From Octopus vulgaris (lineage: Eukaryota), in NCBI GenBank assembly GCA_951406725.2, contig OX597830.1:51026001-51090000 (forward strand): 64,000 nucleotides of DNA. Reading direction: 5' to 3'. The notes below the pieces were generated by a model. That model made no database searches, was not told where the DNA came from, and saw only the letters and a program-made list of their open reading frames with translations. This document shows positions 27,695 to 42,141 of this stretch, piece after piece. Position 1 is the first letter of the stretch. Each line of letters begins with the position of its first letter. The position numbers and the translations under genes are program-made.

Positions 27695-28507
27695 TTCCTA
27701 CACTCACTCACGCCGGTGTACGCTCGTGCACACACACACTTACGTACACACATACACGCACATATGTATCTGACTCAGTGGTTTTATGTCGACAAATCCA
27801 AATTTAATTCATTTTGACAGGGACGTCTCGAGCTGCTTGATAATTGCTACTACCATTATTCAGAGCTTTAACCATGATATAAAGGGCGCCCCGTAAACAG
27901 TTTAACAGGCAATGTAAATAAATATATTAATCTCACTATATTTGTATAATACTTTTAATTTACTCTATACATAAAATCCTTTTTACATCGGTGACACATT
28001 TCCTGAGACAAGACAAAATTCAGTTTGTTTCATGACTCCAGCTTTGTTCATACAACGTGATTCAGTTTGATTTAAGTTCGACTGGAACTCATTTGAGTTT
28101 GATTGATTTTTTTTTATATGATAGTCAATCTACTTGACTGTCTAGTTTAGCTTGATGCGTCTTATCAAACATTTGGCATTTTTTCTTAAATTGATACATT
28201 TTATTAGGAAATTTTTCATTATTACCTACACATGCCATTTATTCTTTAGGCAAATCAGCCAAATTATTACGAAGTATGGATATAATATTTCGAGAAAATT
28301 ATTGCAGTAACTTGGAATAAAGAGTTTATAGGACGCTTACTTATTTAATAACGGTTTCTGCGAATTCGTAGTCAAGTGTTCGATACTGACTCACAAAATG
28401 CCTCACAAAATACTTGTGTCGGAAATTGGAATTTAAAACTTTATATTTTTTCTTTTGTTATTACTGAACGCAGTTTAAGGAATAAATTGCTGATAACGTA
28501 TAGTTAA

Positions 28508-29312
28508 TCTCTATATATATAAACGGCAGTTTGTCTGTCTGTGTGTTTGTGTGTCTGTCAGGTTGTACCCTCGCCCTGACCACAGCTTTCAACCGATTCT
28601 GATGAAACTTGACACACACATAACCCAATGTCATAATTCAAAACTAACGCAGCGAAAATTTTGGAAAGTTCCCCCAGTTCTGAAAAAAAATCGATAAATT
28701 CGACATGGGTCGAGAATTTAAGCTTTTTATATGCAACATATTTTCTACAGACGGTCTAGGGGACGCAACTCAACCTTTTTAACTCTCGGAACACGTGGGG
28801 TAAGTATCCCAAAATGTATAAAAATGTACAAACACGGCAAAAAAGCGGGCAGCAATGTGAGTGACAACAACGAAAAAGTCAAAAGTGACCAAACTGAACA
28901 AACGAATGGAAAATGTTTTTTGATGCACACGACAAAGCGGTTTATAATAAACCAAGAGTTTGCAAGTAGCGTCCGAGGACCCTTACGGTACGTCAAAAAT
29001 TTAAGGTAAAACGATGGGGTGGTAGTTATAAAGAAAGTGTAAACAAAAAAAGTATTCGAATAACTTGCGGCTGCAGCAGCTATTAGCAGAAGAGGCGGTG
29101 TTGGGGGTAAAGTCTCGAATGTAATTTCTTCCTGGTAGGAATTGGTTGGGTTGAATTATCGATAGCTGTTTGATAGTTATTTGGGAGTGAAGAGAAGACA
29201 TTGCAACCTACACACGCGCCTTCGTTCCCTAGAGGGAAAGGACTAGATTGGGATTAGTCGTTGCCTACTAGGGGCTCTTACATACCCGGGCAACGCCGGG
29301 CTATGCTGCTAG
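28508..29312 (+). mobile_element. Non-autonomous Helitron
   Basis: 5' A|TCTCTATATATATAAA; 3' hairpin CCCGG-GCAACG-CCGGG (29285-29300) followed by CTAG|T. Inserted between A and T with no TSD. Confidence 0.9.
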
Positions 29313-29516
29313 TAATTTATAAGTGTTTCCTTCACACCAGGGCATGAATAACAAGACAACAAAATATTTTAAAAAACGAGAGTTCAATTGGGACGATTTC
29401 TGATCAACAAGTCACACTTCAAATTCTAACATGAATACACAATTCTCTTCGAAACATCCCAGATAGGAACGGCATTATAACAGTTGATCTAGCATTGAAT
29501 TCAATAGTTGTCGACA

Positions 29517-29614
29517 TTAGGATTAGGGTTAGGGTTACGGTTAGGGTTTAAGGTTAGGGTTTAAGGTTAGGGTTAGAACTAGGATTAGGGTTAGGGTTAT
29601 GATTAAGTTTAAGG
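29517..29614 (+). repeat. Degenerate interstitial (TTAGGG)n tract
   Basis: About 16 units of TTAGGG and variants. Confidence 0.9.
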
Positions 29615-30201
29615 TATTGGTCCATCATCAAGCAATAACAACCATTGGATTTGGAATTCAGCACTGCAAGTTTATGAAGTTGAAGTTGTTATTGTCGTAT
29701 AGCCTCAAGTAACCCTTATCGAAGGAACCAGTAATGGAAATAGTTGCAGTTATGACCATCACAGTAAAAAAGGACCACATTAGCTGATTTATCTATTAAG
29801 TGTGCTCCGATGGGTAGTTGACAACTATTTTAGGTAGCTCAAGCAACGACTACAATTCATCTCATTAGGCTTCTTTATTGAGAGGGATGGTGTATTCTAC
29901 CATGATTAACTGATTGTTTACTGCTCCTCAGCGCTTCCAATGGTTGACAAATCTTTATTATCTTGTCTGATTGTCATAAAGGATCATTAATGCATATTGC
30001 AGCAGAAGACATTATATAGATATAGAGCGTAGGCAATACGGTTCCTTCACACATAAAGTGGTGTAAATATGAATCGGTCATGTTGGGGTGTCTTCGCATA
30101 TAAAGCTGTTTAAATGTGTCATGGGTCATGTGGTACCTACGTATAAAAGTGTACAAACGTTCCTTACAGGTAATGTGGTACGTTTACTAACAAAACTGTA
30201 T

Positions 30202-30380
30202 AGGCGCATGCATTGCTGTGTGGTTAGAAGTTTGCTTCCAAACCACATGGTTCCTGGTTCAGTCCCAGTGAATGGGATCTTGAGCAAGTGACTTCTACTA
30301 TAGCCGCGGTTCTATCAAAGCCCTGTGAGTGGATTTGGTAGAGGGAAACTGAAAGGAGTCTGACCTATAATGTGTGTGTG

Positions 30381-30444
<64 letters not shown>

Positions 30445-30600
30445 CGTGTGTGACAACTGGTTTGGTGTGTAAGAGGTTCGGCAAAGGAAACACATAGAAT
30501 AAATACGCGGTTTCAAAAGAACTGAATACGAAGGTCAATTCTTTCGACAAATTTCTTCAAAGCGGTGCCCCAGCATGGCCGTAATCTAATGACTGAAACG
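30202..30600 (+). mobile_element. SINE family D with internal (TG)n
   Basis: GGCGCATGCATTGCTGTGTGG head; tail GCGGTGCCCCAGCATGGCCG...GACTGAAAC. Confidence 0.9.
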
Positions 30601-30795
30601 GTTGTACATTGTGGATGATGTGTTACCTGCTCATAAAGATCTGTAAATGTAAATGGTGCTTGATGACGTACATTCTTCACACATAAAGCTACATAAATGT
30701 AGAGTGTAGGAGATGATGGTACTTGAAATCGTAAAGGTGTATAAATGTATAGGGTGTCTGGTACCTCAACTGATAAAGCTATATAAATCTAGAAT

Positions 30796-31029
30796 TAAGG
30801 CGGCGAACTGGCAGAAACGTTAGCACGCCGGGCGAAATGCGTGGCCGTATTGCGTCTGTCGTTACGTTCCGGGTTCAAATTCCGCCGAGGTCGACTTTGC
30901 CTTTCATCCTTTCGAGGTCGATAAATTAAGTACCAGTTACGCACTGGGGTCGATGTAATCGACTTAATCCCTTTGTCTGTCCTTGTTTGTCCCCTCTGTG
31001 TTTAGCCCCTTGTGGGTAGTAAAGAAATA
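30796..31029 (+). mobile_element. Young full-length SINE family C
   Basis: 16-bp TSD TATATAAATCTAGAAT at 30780-30795 and 31030-31045; A-box-like TGGCAGAAACG and B-box GGTTCAAATT. Confidence 0.95.
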
Positions 31030-31544
31030 TATATAAATCTAGAATGTGGCTGATCTGTATAACTAGATTTTGTGAAATATACTGTATCGTCTGCACGCAT
31101 ATGACTTCTTTTTCGTTGCCAGGTGCAAATGTAGGTGAAAGTCAGTATAAGTGCGTAAGTCTATCCAATATGCAATTACTTCACAACTCATAAACATTTA
31201 ACTAATCAATTCCTATCATTCATATTTATGTCTTCATTAATTCAAAAGTCCGCGTCTTTATTCATTCTGTTCGTAAAAAAACCCATACATCTATAGTCTT
31301 AGTTTTCTGTTTGTTTTATCGTTGTTAGTTTTGTATTTCTCCTCCCATATTTCATATTTGCCATCTTCATACATCCAATTCATGACGAAAATAGATATTC
31401 CATCATTAAATGATACTAGACAACTAAAAAAATGAACAAATATATGTGACAAAAACAAAAGCAAAAGCTTATTGTGTCAATGGAGAAGATGAGAACGAGA
31501 ACTTATGACTACATATTTCTATTGTATTGCCTGCAATGCGTGCA

Positions 31545-31553
31545 ATATTATTA

Positions 31554-31636
<83 letters not shown>

Positions 31637-31640
31637 GCTA
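31545..31640. repeat. (TTA)n microsatellite
   Basis: Directly visible. Confidence 0.98.
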
Positions 31641-32379
31641 TTGTTTCTACTGTTGTTGTTGCTATTCGTTTCGCCTTCATTTATTACACGCATTATTCGA
31701 CAGGAAGTAATGTTTGTAGTAGCGTTTTGGGCGAAAAACGTTGAACAATAGATTACATTCGCTCCGAAATGTGTCTATTGATTCTCTACAAATAATTAAA
31801 TTAAGCTGTATTCCATAGATACACTTTATGCAGAGATTTCAGGCCTTTATTTCCTAAATAATTTTCTCCTGTAGTTTAAAAATTTATTTCATTCTTCCGT
31901 TTCTTCTTTTTTTAATGTAGGTTTTTTTAAACTATATTTTTTTTTACATACATTTTCATCATTATAGTTGCCATTGTTGATGTTTTATACATTTTATTCA
32001 TTTTTTTGTTTTAAATCGACATTTAATACGGATATCTTTGTGTGCAGACGATAATCTCAATCGACGTCATCTTTGCTAAAACAGAATATTGTTCCTACAT
32101 ATTTGAAAGTTGTTCATTTAGTCCATTACACGGCTCATTGATTTAATTGGCGTTTTATCGTGTTTACATGATACAATGGTTGTTCGGTTGTGGTTTTGTG
32201 TGTCAAAAGTGTATAGAGGAGATTTCTGTTAGGAAACTAGGATCTTTGTTTTCTCGACTGCAATACACAACGCTGAAAAGCAAAACACATGCAAACATGC
32301 ATATATAAACATACATATATACATACATTTAGACACGTACATATAAACATATTTACAATCATACATACATAAATGCATA

Positions 32380-32535
32380 CATACGTTTATACGTACCTAC
32401 ATACATAGATGCATGCATAGATACAGACATACACATACACATACATACGTACGTACATACATACATATATACATACATACATACATACATACATACATAC
32501 ATACATACATACATACATACATACATACATACATG
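32380..32535. repeat. (CATA)n microsatellite
   Basis: Directly visible. Confidence 0.97.
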
Positions 32536-32972
32536 CGCAGAGAGTTGAGTGCCGTACCGCAAGCATCTTAATACACATAGATGTATACACATACATATAG
32601 GCGTACTTAGCGAAATAAACGTACATCTAGGAATATATACATAGATGTATATATACACCGATGTGGACATCTATAGAGATAAAGATACGTATATAAACGC
32701 AGTAACATATGTTCGACATATGTATACACACATGAAATGACAGCAATAGATATACTCATACACATTCATATATATATATATATATACACAGACTCATGGA
32801 GATCATAGTAACATGTGTATACATATACAAGCAAACACACGTACACACACATAAATATATTTGAGTGAGGGGATGTGTGTGTTCATACACATACAGAAAC
32901 GCGCAGAAACACAGTTACATACACACATAAACAAGCACAAAGTACACATACATTCTCAAAAATATACACAGC

Positions 32973-33020
<48 letters not shown>

Positions 33021-33061
33021 CAGCATAGATACTCATATACACATAGCATCAAATATACATA

Positions 33062-33175
33062 TTGGTTTAAATTTTAGCCCTAGGCCAGAAAATTAGTGTG
33101 AGGGGTAAGTTCATCGCTCAATTGGTACTTATTTTATCGACCTCGAAAAAACGAAAGTCAAGGTCGACTTGGACA
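33062..33175 (-). mobile_element. Old SINE C 3' fragment
   Basis: TGGTACTTATTTTATCGACCTCGAAA...AAAGTCAAGGTCGAC. Confidence 0.7.
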
Positions 33176-33332
33176 GATGATCGCTCTACCGCTCTCCTTT
33201 GACTGTGCAGCACAGATAGCACTCCTTTGTCTCATAATAATGGTGATGCAAATTGCATGGTGGACACACTTGTAATATATATATACACACACAAGCACGC
33301 ACAAACACACACATATACATACATATATATGC

Positions 33333-33384
<52 letters not shown>

Positions 33385-33392
<8 letters not shown>

Positions 33393-33720
33393 TATATAAA
33401 AGTCAATGTCTTTATGTGTGTTCGTGTGTTACTTATAGACTCGAAAGCTGCTGCACACATTCTAATGAAATTTGGAACACAAAATCCAAGCCTATTGAGA
33501 AAGGTAATGCCGTATGTTTCATGCAATTTCATGGATCAAAATTACTAAATGGATCCTTATGATATTTGGAACTCAGATTCAATGCATATGGGCGGATATA
33601 ATGCAGAAAGTTTGGTTTGAATTTGAGTTTGCTTAAAAGGGGGCAGAACCCACCCACCCAGCATGAAAATTCATAAATTTCCGATGTTCTTGAAATTTCA
33701 ACCATAGGCAATTGAGGCAC
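33385..33720 (+). mobile_element. Possible 5' part of a second Helitron-type element
   Basis: TATATTATATAAAAG...GTGTGTT...CATTCTAATGAAATTTGGAACAC parallels the 5' organisation of 28508 (GATTCTGATGAAACTTGACAC). No 3' end identified. Confidence 0.35.
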
Positions 33721-34389
33721 ATGAAAAAGTATTCCAAATTTTTCCGTTTCCGATTAAGGAAAAGTGCTTTTCACCCCAGTTATTACAACCAAGCCACAAA
33801 GAAATTATTATCCGGGGGTTTTGACATATCCCGATCACGAGAGAGTAAATTGGAAGACATATATGGCAGAAGATACTTGCCCTTCTCATTAAGTGCAATC
33901 TAGAATTGTGGAGCTCTTAAATTGGTCCCACAGCATTCCTTCCAAGTTAGATACCCAAACTACAATACTTTAATACTCATAAAAACAATTTAGCCAACGA
34001 TCGCCATTGTGAAAATTTCAATTTACTCAAATGCGTCCTGGTTTGCAAATAATTCAGATAGCATAAAGCTTTATAACCAAAATCCCTATACATCCTAAAC
34101 AATCGACATCAACACATACATAATCTCCAACTCCAAGACAACTATAACGATTTCTCACCAAACATCATCTTCTTTTCTACACATTGCACTACAACAAATT
34201 GATAACAATTCATTTAATTTTTTCACACTTCCTACCACTTCTTATCACAGCACATACATCTTTGAAGACAGCAAAAACACGTTTGCAAACTGAAATCGGG
34301 TTCCAATTCGAAATGGAATGAAAATTTTCCAAACCCCATTATGTCGCAATCTCCTACATTCAACACATTCTAGACGTAGAAAAATCGCA

Positions 34390-34780
34390 TTCTACAATAC
34401 AACCCAGTTCTTTCACAACTCTACACTAGTTCTACTATAATGTGGCACAAGTTGTTCCACGACACAACCCTACTTTTTCAATAGCACAATACCATGTCTT
34501 CCACAATACAACACCAATTTTTCCACAGCACAAGCTCAGTTTTTCCACAACATATTCGTAGTTCTTCCTCAACATATTTCCAGTTCTTCTACAATGGAAC
34601 AGCAGCAGCTCTTCCATTATCACAACCTCAGTTCTTCCATATTACAACACCGGTTCTTTCATGACATTAGCTTAACTCTTCCAAATACAACTGCAGTTCT
34701 TCTACAAAAGAAGCATCAGTTCTTTTTCAACACAACCCCAGTTTTTCCGCAACATACCAACAATTCTTCCTCAATACGAA
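34390..34780. repeat. Degenerate 22-bp minisatellite (~17 units)
   Basis: Approximate consensus CAACACAACCCCAGTTCTTCCA. Confidence 0.88.
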
Positions 34781-35351
34781 CTTTGTTCTGTTGTGGAATA
34801 TTCATATCAACCAGGGACAAATAATTTCAGCATCAAGCAAAGAATAAGAAAATAAAAATAGAAAATAAAAATTGAAAGAATAAGAAAATAGAAAAAAAAG
34901 GGTAGAATAAATTGTTAACAAATTCCCTGAAAAAGTATGAATCATTTGAAGCTAACATGACTATAATTAACACTAAAACAAGATAATTCTTAATTAATAG
35001 CATCAAAAGGATCAATAAAGGTCAGGCTACCGTTAATACAACAACATTAAGATACGTACATAACACTAAACAAATACCCTTATCAGATATATTTTCTAAA
35101 GCGAGTCACTAAAAGCAAAACAAACCACAATGACGCATCGTCCACCGAGATAAAGCATGATTTTGAACCCTTCTTTCCATCAGACGTTCAAAAGTTTCAG
35201 TGTAGGGAAAGATTCTAAAAATACACCTAATTTTCTTCAATTGCATGGAGAGATAGAGTTCTGTGAGAAATTAGAATGCTGAGATCTTTGAATTGGAAAC
35301 ATTGAGGGTTGAAAGGAAAACGAAATAATCAGTATTGTCCGACAGTTTGCA

Positions 35352-35679
35352 CGATAAACAAAAGACGATAAACGTCGCCCTTTTCAAGCCTAGCCAGGAT
35401 CATGGGCCCGGTTTCCCGGTTTCTCTGGCATATATGCCCCCCCCCAGCTAGACGGGACGCCAGTCCATCGCAGCGTTATTCAAAAAACAGGAAGACAGAG
35501 TGAGAGAAAGTTGTGGCGAAAGAGTGCAACAGGGGTCGCCACCACCCCCTGCCGGAGCCTCGTGAAGCTTTTAGGTGTTTTCGCTCAATAAACACACACA
35601 ACGCCCGGTCTGGGAATCGAAGCTGCGAACCTCCGACCGCGAGTCCGCTGCCCTAACCACTAGGCCACTGCGCCTCCAC
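35352..35679 (-). mobile_element. tRNA-derived SINE, head A + tail Z, full length
   Basis: TSD GACAGTTTGCA at 35341-35351 and 35680-35690. The tail has CTGCGATGGACTGGCGTCCCGTC and GAAACCGGG x2. Confidence 0.93.
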
Positions 35680-35944
35680 GACAGTTTGCATACTATGCCA
35701 AATATGCAAACGGCTACAAATAACAGTCAAATCACCTTCAAATCACGTATTGTCTTACAAAGGGACATAACTGTATAATATAAGTTCTAATATACCTAAA
35801 CTTTTGACAGGATCTCACAGAGGAATTTCAAAATAGTTCCGATGTGTGAGGGATTCCCAAAGATTCAACAATCGATATAAAATTATTTTCGTGAAATATT
35901 TTATATCGATTGTTTAAAACGTTGAATATTGATTTCTAAAATTG

Positions 35945-36125
35945 ACATAATGCGTCACACATTTTACAGCTTGGCATGATCGATTAAATCGAACTTGTCT
36001 TTGATTGGTAGTTACGGTATCGATCCCAGGTAGATGAAAGTAAAAGTTAACTAGAACAGGATTAGAACTCAGACTATAAAGTTTTGTAACTAGACTCTTT
36101 GAATTATTCTCTATTGATTTTGACA
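35945..36125 (-). mobile_element. Old SINE C copy
   Basis: TCGATTAAATCGA, ATCGATCCCAGGTAGATGAAAGTAAAAGTT, TAGAACTCAGA. Confidence 0.6.
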
Positions 36126-36584
36126 CCCTCCTCCGAGTATAGTTATTAAAATATTTAATGGGGACAGATGTGGTGGATGTTTGTGGAGCAGAAGAGTCAA
36201 CACCCTTTAAATTCCGGACGAAATATTTTGCAGTTTTTAGATTCTTCCATTGAATTTCTCAAAGGTTGATTTTAACCCTCATCCTCCCAGGGTCAAGAAA
36301 ATATTTAACGATTCCAGTCATTCAATCCTAGAACAACAGAAAAGTGGCTGTAATTTATTTTTGTCCTTTTCTGTAAAGATATCGTCAAATAAAAAGCTTC
36401 TCCTTTTGAGACCGATGAAAGAAACTTGAAGTGATTTGCCTGGTATTTCTGCGATCCAAAATTTTCATGGTTCATTAGTTTGTCCATAGTCATTATATAA
36501 GTTGAAATATACTAATTTAAAATCACACACACACACACAAAAACCAATATACACGAATAAATGATGATAGTGATTATGATGTTG

Positions 36585-36850
36585 GTTGTTTCTGCAGTAT
36601 CTTTCTGGACTACCGGCACAAAAGATTTGTTTATAGGGATCAAATGTATGTGCTGTACATTGGCTCGCTCTCTCCATAAAATTGATATTACCTCTCTGTA
36701 CTGGTGTGCGGGGTACCACAGGTCAGGTGTCGAAGTGATCACAGAGCCACATGAGATGAAGTGTTTGTAAACACCACGAACCATCCAGTCCAAGAACGGA
36801 AACCACATCTCCCGATCGTGAGTGCAACACCCTGTGGTCATGCACCCTCA
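36585..36850 (-). mobile_element. SINE head B + tail W
   Basis: The reverse complement has GGGTGTTGCACTCACGATC and CATTTGATCCCTATAAACAAATC, as at 9411-9678. Confidence 0.8.
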
Positions 36851-37664
36851 CATAATATTATGCACCTTCACGTGATCATTAACCGTCACACTCACAAATA
36901 AATAGACACACACAAACACTCACGCAAACATAAACATGCTCACCCATAAACACAAATGTAAGAACTTGCTTTCCATTTCTTGTTCTCCGTTTTTCGTCCA
37001 ATGCACTCCCATATGAATGTCAATAAAACCAGTTTCCGAATACAACATTGCCTCATTTAAGAAAAATCAATCTGCGGATATGAATATAATAGTTGTAAGG
37101 AGTGGTTAATTAACTGAAGACGGATGTAAATTAAAGATTAATAAATCGTAATTAGATTAATTGCTGAACTATTAGAGTGAACTGAATCTAGTGCGTTTCA
37201 ATGACAACTACAAAACAACGCACTTTTGAAAGGATATTGGCAACTAAGATGGTCTCTTTTTCATTTCTCTCTTTCGATCACTGCTTTCGCGGATTCCCAC
37301 AACTTTCTGTAACCATCCAGTTCCACCATCATGAATTTGAATTGGAGACTTGAGTCGTAGTGAATATTTCATTAACTGATTACGCAGCCATAGATACTGC
37401 CCCTAGAGATGCGTGGCAGTTACTCTCTTGATAGAGCTTGATAGAGCTTGGTACTCCTGAAAGTTCTGCTGGGTTTCTACCGCTCAGCGTGAATGTAAGT
37501 TGGCTCAGCTGAGATCTTCCGCTAGGTCTTCATAATCCGCCAAACGACAGTCCCATGATTTCGCGTACCCCTGGCAGGATGGATTAACAGTTGCTATGCC
37601 TTGCTATAGGGCAACCAGTAACTATGCAGGGCACGGTCCTCACACCCATGAGATATTTTAAAAA

Positions 37665-37820
37665 TACCCGCATACTCATTAATGACATTTATTTCAATGT
37701 CCTAGACTGATAAACCCGAAATTAACTTTGGCTACATCCGAAGGTAGAAATCAAAGAGCCGCAAAGAAACATCACGTAGAATTTCGTCCGATACTCAAAC
37801 GATTCTGCAAATCCGCGGAG
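37665..37820 (-). mobile_element. Very old SINE C copy
   Basis: ATTTCGTCCGATACTCAAACGATTCTGCAAATCCG resembles the reverse complement of the family C head. Confidence 0.45.
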
Positions 37821-38597
37821 CGAGTGGACGGCAATAATGTTTGAAATTCAGAATTGAGGAAATTCAGTTATGGATTTGCGTTAGAAAAATCCATGCAATG
37901 CAACATAACTTGCCTTGTGGAAAAGCGGAATTAATCAAAGATTTAAGGACAGGAAGTGTTTTTTTATTATATATAAGGGAAAATGAGACTGAGTGGAAGA
38001 AAGAATTTGACCGTGTTTGACGAAGGATTACGTCACGCACTTAGGGTTGGTTTGTGAGCTTTGGAATCTAACTGAACCCCAATTCTCAAGGTTGGCCCCA
38101 TGTATCTGTTTGCATACACCGGCAGCCACACCAGGTAAACTGCACCAACCGGTGTGCTAAACCAGGTGATAGTGGCCAACTCTTAGTGAGTTATATCATG
38201 TATACCTACGTATGTGAAGTTTGGATCCTGTATACTCGGTGGGAGAAACATTCTCGAATCAAAGGAGAATAAGGCGGCTGCAGCCACACCCTGTGTAGTG
38301 CAAAGAGGAATTTGAGGGAAGAAAAATATCTTGTTCATTCACTGCATCCATCTCTATAAGCATTCCTGGTTCTGTTACTGAACTGAAGCTGGTCGCTGGT
38401 TACACAACAAGGTCGACTGTGCGCAACTATTTTTCTCTTTAAACAAAGACATCGCACGAGTCGTTAGACATCTCGTTACAGACTAGATGGTCATCAACTT
38501 GCTTTAAAAGCAGGTAGTAATTTTGTCTTTCCCTTAATCTTAGTGCAAGTTTTGAAGAGAGCAGTTCGATTTTAACAGTTATTTTTTCGAAGCTATA

Positions 38598-38730
38598 ACG
38601 GCAGTGTCAAAGGAGCATATTCGGCATATTTTGCCTAATGAGTTAAATAAAGGCAACAACGCAACGGAAAGTGCGAGGAATATTAATGCAGTATATGGGG
38701 ATCGGACAATGAGCGTAAACATGTGTCAGT
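38598..38730 (+). pseudogene. Mariner transposase N-terminal HTH fragment (second mariner family)
   Basis: (M)AVSKEHIRHILPNELNKGNNATESARNINAVYGDRTMSVNMCQ. Confidence 0.85.
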
Positions 38731-38899
38731 CAACTCATTTGCTTCTGGCGTTCGCGGCATGGCTATATGCTGTACACAATTAATATACTGTAATCTGGAC
38801 TGAAAAATAATAATTGGTCATAAAAAGCTTGACGCACGGATTCATGAGGGTGTCTATCTACTTTTGATATGTCTGTCTATCTGTATATCTGTCTGTTTG

Positions 38900-39660
<761 letters not shown>

Positions 39661-40214
39661 TGTCATCATACTTCAATATGCCAATAATCAACAATATCAA
39701 CAACAGATGTTATTACAAACACAAAAAGACAACCAACGAAAAAAATATATATATATAAACTAAAGCCATAGTTATATATGTTTCCATTTCTAAATTTCCA
39801 TTAATAGCATTCTGCGTTGTCGTGTGATATTACAGAAGAATATAGTGCTATCCTTGTGAATTATCAAGCTGACATGAATATATGTTTTAGAGAATAGAAT
39901 TGTTAAGATAGTTACAGTGTCCCAGCTGGGGGGAAATTTCTTTTCAAAACCCTCATATTGAATATTGAACATTAATGTTTTTTTTACAAAATGCTCGTTG
40001 TTCTGCTGTTTTGTGCTATATTTCCACCATTCACTGCTGTTTTCTAGTTTTAGGTTTTGCTGTTACCTGAAGAAAATACTGGTTCACGGTCGTGCTTTTA
40101 ACAGTGAAGATACCCGTTATCTAACATTATTAACGCTTTTCCCTCTCTCTGCCTCCATCTTTTCTTTCTCTCTCACTATTTCTCTGTTTGTCTGCCTGCG
40201 TGTATGCCTCTCTT

Positions 40215-40268
<54 letters not shown>

Positions 40269-41859
40269 CACACACATATATACATACGTATTGATATGTA
40301 ATTTTCCATATACATTTGTATGTATGTATCTGATAAATACACACGCGCTCATACACTCACACACACATCCACATACACGCATGCTTGTACAAAATCAAGG
40401 AGACAAAGGGTGAATGACAATAGTGACATCTGTGTTTACAAACGGGGTGAAAAGTTACTTGCTGCTTACTAAATATTCTATATATTTTGTTAGAAGGTGA
40501 GGTTTCTTGAATTACAACAATTGTTTTCACGTCGCCGTTCATGCACACGATTCAAGTAGGGACGAAGTATGAAAGTACACAAAGAAAAATAGTCAGAAAC
40601 ACTTCGAGCTATTGTCAACTAAAAATAAACTAAAACAAATATCCCACACATTTATCTCCTCATTGCTATTTTGGAAACAAGCCGAATTATCATCAATTTA
40701 TTAGCGAAAGATATATTTTCATGTCTGCCTCTGCTATGTGTACAGCACACACTTAACCAAGGGAAAGTGAAATCTTAATATTGATGAGCATATAAAAGGT
40801 TTTACGAAATAAAAATTTTCCGGCATAGTAAATTCCTCATGTAGGGAGTAAATTATTTTAGCCAGCTCTTTGTTGGAAAATTTTCAATAATAAGCGATGG
40901 AAGAATGTACTGGAATTCACAAATTCTAATCATTTTTGTAAAATTGTAAGTGGTTGCAAAAGAATGTTATAGTTTCCCGATAAAGAGATACCACCATCTA
41001 GGATAATCTCTGTAGGGTAAGGCCAGATTTGTAAAATAAAACAACCAATCGTCAGATGTATTTGGATAATGACGTTGCAAAACACCTTTCTGAGATTCAG
41101 TATATTTGCATATGTTGAGGTACTATTTTTAGAGGGCTGTTCAGTAAGTTTCCTCTCATCTAAATCACTGGATCAAATTTAGAGCGGGAAGTAAGGTGAT
41201 GGACCTATTCCTGCTAATTTGCGCAGAAAAGCTACCTCTATTGTATATTTGTGGCTTAATGAATGTTTCCAAATAAGAGAGTGGAATAGAAAATTTAAGA
41301 AACACAAAAATATCAACCATTGTTTTTTTGAAGCAAAGCTAAATGTTTCCAAATTCAAATGGTGCACTGCAGTTTCTGCTAGTCTGCCAAAGTAGCCTTA
41401 ATACGGAGAAAGTGCCCTCTCTACACAGCTGATGTAGCAAAGTAGTGTAAAGAATAACCAAAATCTAGTACATCCTAATGGTGCTGGTATATAAAGGCTA
41501 ATGAGAATCTTCACTAAACATTGGTCAAGATACAACTATAATTAATACCAGTGCTTCCTGCCATACTTTTCTAAGAGAATCGCAGTAGTAACGCGCGAGT
41601 TGAATCAACAGAAAGAGACTGAATCGGTAGCTCTCTTGCCCTGGTCCTTTCCTGGGAAGATACGTGTCTTCAAATTGAAACCCCACATTTCAACAGCTTA
41701 TGAACCCTACCCCGCTGCCCCGTCAACAATATGGACGAGTAGCATACATAGCATGCAGTGACTGTGGTGGAGATCTTACGTCATCGTTTGTGAACTGAAC
41801 ATCAACACGTTCGCAACAGATTCTGTCTTGAGTAAAGTGCCTGCCACTCGATAATCTAT

Positions 41860-41982
41860 ATTTGTATGCATGCGTGTATTCATGTATGTATGCGTCTATC
41901 AATCAGCCTGTCTATATATTCATGTACTTATATGTATCTGTGCATATATGTATGCATGTATGAATGTATATATGCAAGTATG

Positions 41983-42030
<48 letters not shown>

Positions 42031-42099
42031 CATATATATATATACATACATACATACATATATGTATATATATATGTATGTATGTATGTATGTACATAC

Positions 42100-42141
<42 letters not shown>

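Larger units (their letters stand above)
30038..31055. repeat. Degenerate ~45-bp tandem repeat interrupted by two SINEs
   Basis: About 8 units of GGTAC(n)CATAAAGCTGTATAAATGT(n)ATG, at 30038-30201 and 30601-30795. Confidence 0.7.

Noticed and set aside
27815-27900. Possible splice acceptor TTTTGACAG followed by a short GC-richer segment
   Set aside because: The frames checked close quickly, the peptide is unrecognisable and no partner exons were found.
34390-34780. Regularly spaced repeats as a CRISPR array
   Set aside because: The units are contiguous degenerate 22-mers without unique spacers, the context is eukaryotic, and there are no cas genes.
38013-38409. GC-richer block with TG...CA ends as a solo LTR
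   Set aside because: No TSD and no second copy in the window.
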